The notes beneath the pieces were generated by a model. It searched no databases. It saw only the letters and a list, made by a program, of their open reading frames with translations, and was not told where the DNA came from. A stretch of 64,000 nt of DNA, from contig CALKWM010000013.1 of NCBI GenBank assembly GCA_938004065.1, positions 2,457-66,456 on the forward strand, read 5' to 3'. This DNA comes from an uncultured bacterium. Its GTDB lineage: Bacteria; Patescibacteriota; JAHJAL01. Position 1 is the first letter of the stretch. Each line of letters opens with the position of its first letter. This document shows, piece after piece, positions 60,022 to 64,000 of this stretch. The position numbers and the translations under genes were made by a program.

Positions 60022-60366
60022 CTATGCTTTGCCCGTTTGCAAGAAAGTGATGGTGAATTCAATGATCATATATGCAAGCATAATTACGATTAATCCAATA
60101 ACAGACCAGGTGATGGTGGAAACCGCTTGTTTGGAATTTTCCGGATTGCCCATGGAAGTGATGTATTGATACCCGCCATAGACGATATAGGCGATGGCGA
60201 TCAGTCCGGCCAGACCGGTCAGGGTAATGGCAAACAGATTGATAATTCCCCAAACATCGGTGATGTTGGCGTGGTTTTTGAAGGGATTGAGGCTGTCAAA
60301 ATAACTTTCCGAAGAGAGTTGGTATTCTGCCATCAGATAGATAAAACGGCCGGTGATTGGATTCAT
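60022..60366 (-). CDS. VirB2/TrbC-like T4SS pilin 7 (start could be 60333)
   Basis: AGLIAIAYIVYGGYQYITSMGNPE..KQA..TITWSVIGLIVIMLAY. Confidence 0.85.
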   Translation of the reverse strand: MNPITGRFIYLMAEYQLSSESYFDSLNPFKNHANITDVWGIINLFAITLTGLAGLIAIAYIVYGGYQYITSMGNPENSKQAVSTITWSVIGLIVIMLAYMIIEFTITFLQTGKA

Positions 60367-60390
60367 TTACTTTTTTAGATAAAAAGAAAA

Positions 60391-60756
60391 TTATTTTATG
60401 GTTGGATCAACACCGAGGATGTTTTTCTGGACGGTGTAAACGATAGCGAAGGCGGCAAAGATGATGATCAAACCGATAACAGCGTTTAGCAAAGTGGAAG
60501 TGGCTTTTTTGGTTTGTTCCTCATTGCCTTGGGCGGTGATGTAGCTGAAACCACCGATGATCAAAAATACTACCGCGACTAGTCCGGAGATACCCAAGAC
60601 GTAGTTTAAAATCGTGATTATTAATTGTTCGACTTCTTGTTCCTGAGGAGTGTTGGTTGGTCTTTCTAGGGTTTCGGCAAAAGTGATGCCGTAGAGCATT
60701 ACGGTTGAGCCGAGAGCAGAGACTGCCGTAATCGCCTTTTTTACAGTTTTTTTCAT
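60391..60756 (-). CDS. VirB2/TrbC-like T4SS pilin 6 (candidate major pilin)
   Basis: AAGGAG SD, signal-like leader MKKTVKK..TFA, GGFSYITAQGNEEQTKKA..NAVIGLIIIFAAF. Confidence 0.88.
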   Translation of the reverse strand: MKKTVKKAITAVSALGSTVMLYGITFAETLERPTNTPQEQEVEQLIITILNYVLGISGLVAVVFLIIGGFSYITAQGNEEQTKKATSTLLNAVIGLIIIFAAFAIVYTVQKNILGVDPTIK

Positions 60757-60784
60757 TTTTTTCTCCTTAAAAATAATATATTTT

Positions 60785-61101
60785 AATAAATAATAAGTAA
60801 TAAGCAATATGCAATAAGCAATATGCAAGAAGCAAGAAGTAATATGCAATATGCAAGAAACAAGAAGCAAGAAGCAAGAAGCAAGAAGTAAGAAAGTATC
60901 AAGGATCAATATTCAATATCCAATATCCAATAAGCAATATGCAAGAAACAATAAGCAAGAGACAAGAAGCAAGAAGCAAGAAGCAAGAAAGTATCAGGGG
61001 TCAATATCCAATATCCAATATCCAAGAAGCAATATGCAATAAGCAAGAAACAAGAAGTATGCGTCCAAGGTGCACCAGATGACTGGAGAAGCAAGAAAGT
61101 A
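60785..61101. repeat. Heptamer mosaic spacer including double-hairpin copy 6 (61056-61094, variant)
   Basis: CAATAAG/CAATATG/CAAGAAG/CAATATC units; AGTATGCGTCCAAGGTGCACCAGATGACTGGAGAAGCAA. Confidence 0.92.
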
Positions 61102-61120
61102 TTAATATTATTGCATGTTG

Positions 61121-61429
61121 TTAACTAAACAGTACATTAGTAAATAGAGTGTTTACTATAGCATATGATGCGAAAACAATCAAGAGGCCGATGATGGCAT
61201 AGGTAAGAGTCTGAACGGCTTTTTTGCTAGCTTCGTCATTGCCGGCGGAGGTGATGTATTGGTATCCGCCGTAAATTATGAAAATGATAGCGATAATACC
61301 GGCCAAATCGATAGCATAGGTGGCGATGATGAGGATTAGATCAGAAATTTCACCGCCTCCCAAAGGGTCGAGTGAGTTTTCGGGACTGGCGACAGCGAGG
61401 GAAGAGAAAAATTTGGTAATTAAGTTCAT
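61121..61429 (-). CDS. VirB2/TrbC-like T4SS pilin 5
   Basis: AGIIAIIFIIYGGYQYITSAGNDEASKKA..TLTYAIIGL. Confidence 0.87.
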   Translation of the reverse strand: MNLITKFFSSLAVASPENSLDPLGGGEISDLILIIATYAIDLAGIIAIIFIIYGGYQYITSAGNDEASKKAVQTLTYAIIGLLIVFASYAIVNTLFTNVLFS

Positions 61430-61554
61430 AATAGATGGTAAAAAAAAGTATCAAAGATAAATAAGCAAGAAATAAGAATCAAGAAGAAAGAAGCAAGAAT
61501 CTGGTAAAAACAATAATTTTAAAAAAGAAGAATTTACAAAGAAAAATTAGTTGA

Positions 61555-61609
61555 ATATTGCATATTGCGTATTGATTATTGCATATTGTATATTGCATAT
61601 TGCATATTT
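61555..61609. repeat. Inverted-orientation heptamer tract (CATATTG)n
   Basis: Reverse complement of the CAATATG units in the other spacers. Confidence 0.85.
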
Positions 61610-61611
61610 TG

Positions 61612-61920
61612 TTACAGTCCGATGGCGGATTTGATGCTACGGACGATGATGATGGCGGCAAAGGCGACGATGATGCCGATGATGGCGTAGGTGAGGGTGG
61701 AAGTGGCTTGTTTGGCTTTGGTTTCGTCACCGGCGGAAGTGATATAGAGGAAACCACCATATATAACCATGATAACAGCGATAATCCCAACCAGGTCAAA
61801 AGCGTATTCAACGATACTGGTAATCAGGCCGGTAAGGTCTTTATTGCCCAAAGGGTCGGTAACTTTGTCTTCGAGTTTATCGATAGCGAGGGAAGAGAAT
61901 AGAGGTTGTAGTATATTCAT
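61612..61920 (-). CDS. VirB2/TrbC-like T4SS pilin 4
   Basis: EYAFDLVGIIAVIMVIYGGFLYITSAGDETKAKQA..LTYAIIG. Confidence 0.87.
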   Translation of the reverse strand: MNILQPLFSSLAIDKLEDKVTDPLGNKDLTGLITSIVEYAFDLVGIIAVIMVIYGGFLYITSAGDETKAKQATSTLTYAIIGIIVAFAAIIIVRSIKSAIGL

Positions 61921-61944
61921 GTTCTTATTTTGAAGATAATATTT

Positions 61945-62088
61945 AATAAGCAATAAGCAATATGCAAGAAAGTATCAAGGACCAATATCCAATATCCAAG
62001 AAGCAAGAAACAAGAAGCAAAAAACAAGAAAGTATCAAGGATCAATATCCAATATCAAAGAAGCAATATGCAATATGCAATATTCAAT
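61945..62088. repeat. Heptamer mosaic spacer
   Basis: Two AAAGTATCAAGGA(C/T)CAATATCCAATATC blocks plus CAAGAAG/CAATATG units. Confidence 0.92.
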
Positions 62089-62111
62089 TTCTAGGTGTTT
62101 TTAATATTGTT

Positions 62112-62492
62112 TTATCCGCCGATGGCGGAGCGGACAGTGCGGACGATTACCAATGCACCGAGGGTGATGATGATACCAATCACAGCGTAGGTGATGATGG
62201 ATTGGCCTTGTTTGGCTTTTTGTTCATCACCAGCGGAAGTTATGTAGATAAAACCGCCATAAACGAGCATAGCGACCGCGATAATGCCGACCAGATCGAA
62301 AGCGTATTCGATAACGTTGGTGATGAGATCGGTGATGTTTTGGCCGGGGATGATGCCTTCGAGAAAATTGATACGGTTGGAAAGTTGTGATTTAACAGCT
62401 TCCGGTTCGCCACCGCCGGCAGGTGTTGATCCGGTAACCGGAGCGATGGCTTCATCGGCTAAAAATGTAAAGAATGTATAGAGGGTGTTCAT
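62112..62492 (-). CDS. VirB2/TrbC-like T4SS pilin 3
   Basis: EYAFDLVGIIAVAMLVYGGFIYITSAGDEQKAKQG; close paralogue of pilin 4; start reset to MNTLY. Confidence 0.87.
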   Translation of the reverse strand: MNTLYTFFTFLADEAIAPVTGSTPAGGGEPEAVKSQLSNRINFLEGIIPGQNITDLITNVIEYAFDLVGIIAVAMLVYGGFIYITSAGDEQKAKQGQSIITYAVIGIIITLGALVIVRTVRSAIGG

Positions 62493-62494
62493 CG

Positions 62495-62762
62495 AAGTAA
62501 TAAGTGAAAAGTAAGAAGTAATAAGTAATATGCAATATCCAATAAGCAATATGCAAGAAGCAATAAGCAATAAGCAATAAGCAAGAAGCAAGAAAGTATC
62601 AATAACCAATATTCAATATCCAATAAGCAAGAAGCAAGAAGCAAGAAAGTATCAAGGATCAATATCCAATATCCAATAAGCAATATGCAAGAAAGTATCA
62701 AGGACCAATGTCCAGTATCCGATAAGCAATATGCAATAAAGTATCAAGGATCAACATCCAAT
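62495..62762. repeat. Heptamer mosaic spacer
   Basis: Four AAAGTATCAA junctions; 37 nt (62642-62678) identical to 332-368. Confidence 0.92.
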
Positions 62763-62771
62763 TTTTTAAGA

Positions 62772-63200
62772 TTATGGTCCGGTGTTGGGGTTGAGCTGGT
62801 TGAAATTTTTGGGGTCGGTGGGGATTTCGGTAAATGAAACACCGGAAAATTGGTCGAGGAAAGTGCTGACGATCAGGTATGCGCTCATGGCTACCAGAAA
62901 TCCGATGATAGCATAGGTCAAAGTGTTTTTGCCTTTTTGGACCTGGTCTTGGTTTCCGGAAGACATAACGATAGTAAATCCGCCGATCATCATATATATT
63001 ATAGCAACAAAACCGGCGATGCCGATAAGATTTTTACCCAGGTATAGCAAAAAGCCGATGGCATCGATGAAAGTAAGTTTGGAAGGTGTTTTTCCAAATT
63101 CGTAACCTAGAAATGTGAGATTCTCCGCTTCGGCGGCGTAGGCGGTAGTCAGGAGATTGAGGTGGATTGTGGATAAAAATTGATAGATTTTGGTAAACAT
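62772..63200 (-). CDS. VirB2/TrbC-like T4SS pilin 2
   Basis: AYA leader; AGFVAIIYMMIGGFTIVMSSGNQDQVQKGKNTLTYAIIGF. Confidence 0.85.
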   Translation of the reverse strand: MFTKIYQFLSTIHLNLLTTAYAAEAENLTFLGYEFGKTPSKLTFIDAIGFLLYLGKNLIGIAGFVAIIYMMIGGFTIVMSSGNQDQVQKGKNTLTYAIIGFLVAMSAYLIVSTFLDQFSGVSFTEIPTDPKNFNQLNPNTGP

Positions 63201-63222
63201 AAAAATTTGATTATGAAAAAAA

Positions 63223-64000
63223 TCATGTTGCCAGTCCCAGGATGCTTTGGATGGAGGCCAGGATCAGAGAGGAGAGTAGAACGAGTGCCAAACCGATGAT
63301 GGCGTAGGTAAGTCCGGTTTGGGCTTTTTTGATAGTTTCCTGGTTACCGCCGGCGGTAACCATACCGTAACCATTGATGATGATAAATATGGTGGCGATG
63401 ATACCGGCTAATCCGAGCAAGATGTTGATAATTCGATTGAAAATAGGGGCTAACATATGTAGCAGATCGGCGTTTTCGGTGGGGATGTTGAGATTGGAAA
63501 CGACAAAGTTGGGGATGTTGTAGGTGATCGGTACAGTTTCTATGTTTTCACCGGGAGGAGTTTCGCCGTTGCTACATTGTTCCTCGGTGGCGAGGGTTGT
63601 TCCGGCCGGGCAGGTCTCACCTTGGATGGATTGGCAAAATCCGGAATCCGGATCCAGACAGAGGATGGTGCCGGCAGGAGGGGTGGGATTGGCAGGGTCG
63701 GTAGGATCGGAATTGATCTTCATGGCATTGACTATTTTGATCCTGGCGGCGGAGTCGGAACCGCAAACGATGGTGTCCAAATCGGTGGGGTGATCAACGA
63801 CGGTAACCGGTAGTGTACTGCAAATATCACGCAAAGCGGGAGGGAGAAAATCAACCGCGGTTTTGAATTGGCCGTATTGGGTACCTGGATACAATTTGGT
63901 ACCATTAGCGCCGAATCCTTGATCTTTGAGCCAGGTCAGTAATTCTTGACTGGCGGTAGTGTAGGGAGGACAATCATCGGGGTTTTCCGAAGGACATTCC
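63223..64000 (-). CDS. Pilin-domain protein 1 with large Cys/Pro-rich N-terminal region (5' end beyond window)
   Basis: Frame stays open to the window edge; C-terminal AGIIATIFIIINGYGMVTAGGNQETIKKAQTGLTYAIIGL. Confidence 0.8.
   Translation of the reverse strand, partial: ECPSENPDDCPPYTTASQELLTWLKDQGFGANGTKLYPGTQYGQFKTAVDFLPPALRDICSTLPVTVVDHPTDLDTIVCGSDSAARIKIVNAMKINSDPTDPANPTPPAGTILCLDPDSGFCQSIQGETCPAGTTLATEEQCSNGETPPGENIETVPITYNIPNFVVSNLNIPTENADLLHMLAPIFNRIINILLGLAGIIATIFIIINGYGMVTAGGNQETIKKAQTGLTYAIIGLALVLLSSLILASIQSILGLAT

Noticed and set aside
60851-62701. ORFs such as MQETRSKKQEARSKK..., ...LLIAYCLL... and the long N-terminal extensions of pilins 3 and 6
   Set aside because: Translation artefacts of stop-free heptamer tracts; better starts exist downstream
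53901-64000. Integrative conjugative element or plasmid
   Set aside because: No integrase, relaxase, coupling protein or att repeats in the window; composition and repeats match the housekeeping half; gene order fits the chromosomal Patescibacteria T4SS

Overview
Chromosomal window from a bacterium that is most likely Patescibacteria/CPR (inferred from gene content; standard code 11, since TGA ends e.g. murE). The left ~35 kb is housekeeping: partial pyk, recA, RodZ-like, ftsK, rnj, UDG, pnp, rpsO, nrnA-like DHH, rpsT, holA, tRNA-Thr(CGT), polA, pepA, TMEM43-like, uridine kinase-CYTH fusion, glmS, murE, FemABX, tsaD, valS, a 3D-domain protein and a TPR-like protein. The right ~28 kb, almost all on the minus strand, is a surface/secretion locus: at least 7 tandem VirB2/TrbC-like pilin genes, VirB6-like, PrgI/VirB3-like, a VirB4 accessory protein, VirB4, a five-catalytic-domain cell-wall hydrolase, a PEGA/propeller protein, a C39 peptidase protein, a 1892-aa secreted protein and a PilB/GspE ATPase. 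Two opposite-strand secreted proteins sharing a duplicated 103-bp leader interrupt this locus. The main unexplained signal is a window-wide system of degenerate 7-nt tandem repeats. They appear oriented relative to gene starts and stops, share an AAGTAT junction, carry a conserved 39-bp double-hairpin element (6 copies), fill the pilin spacers and occur in frame inside tsaD and valS. All calls come from reading motifs by eye; no database searches were run.
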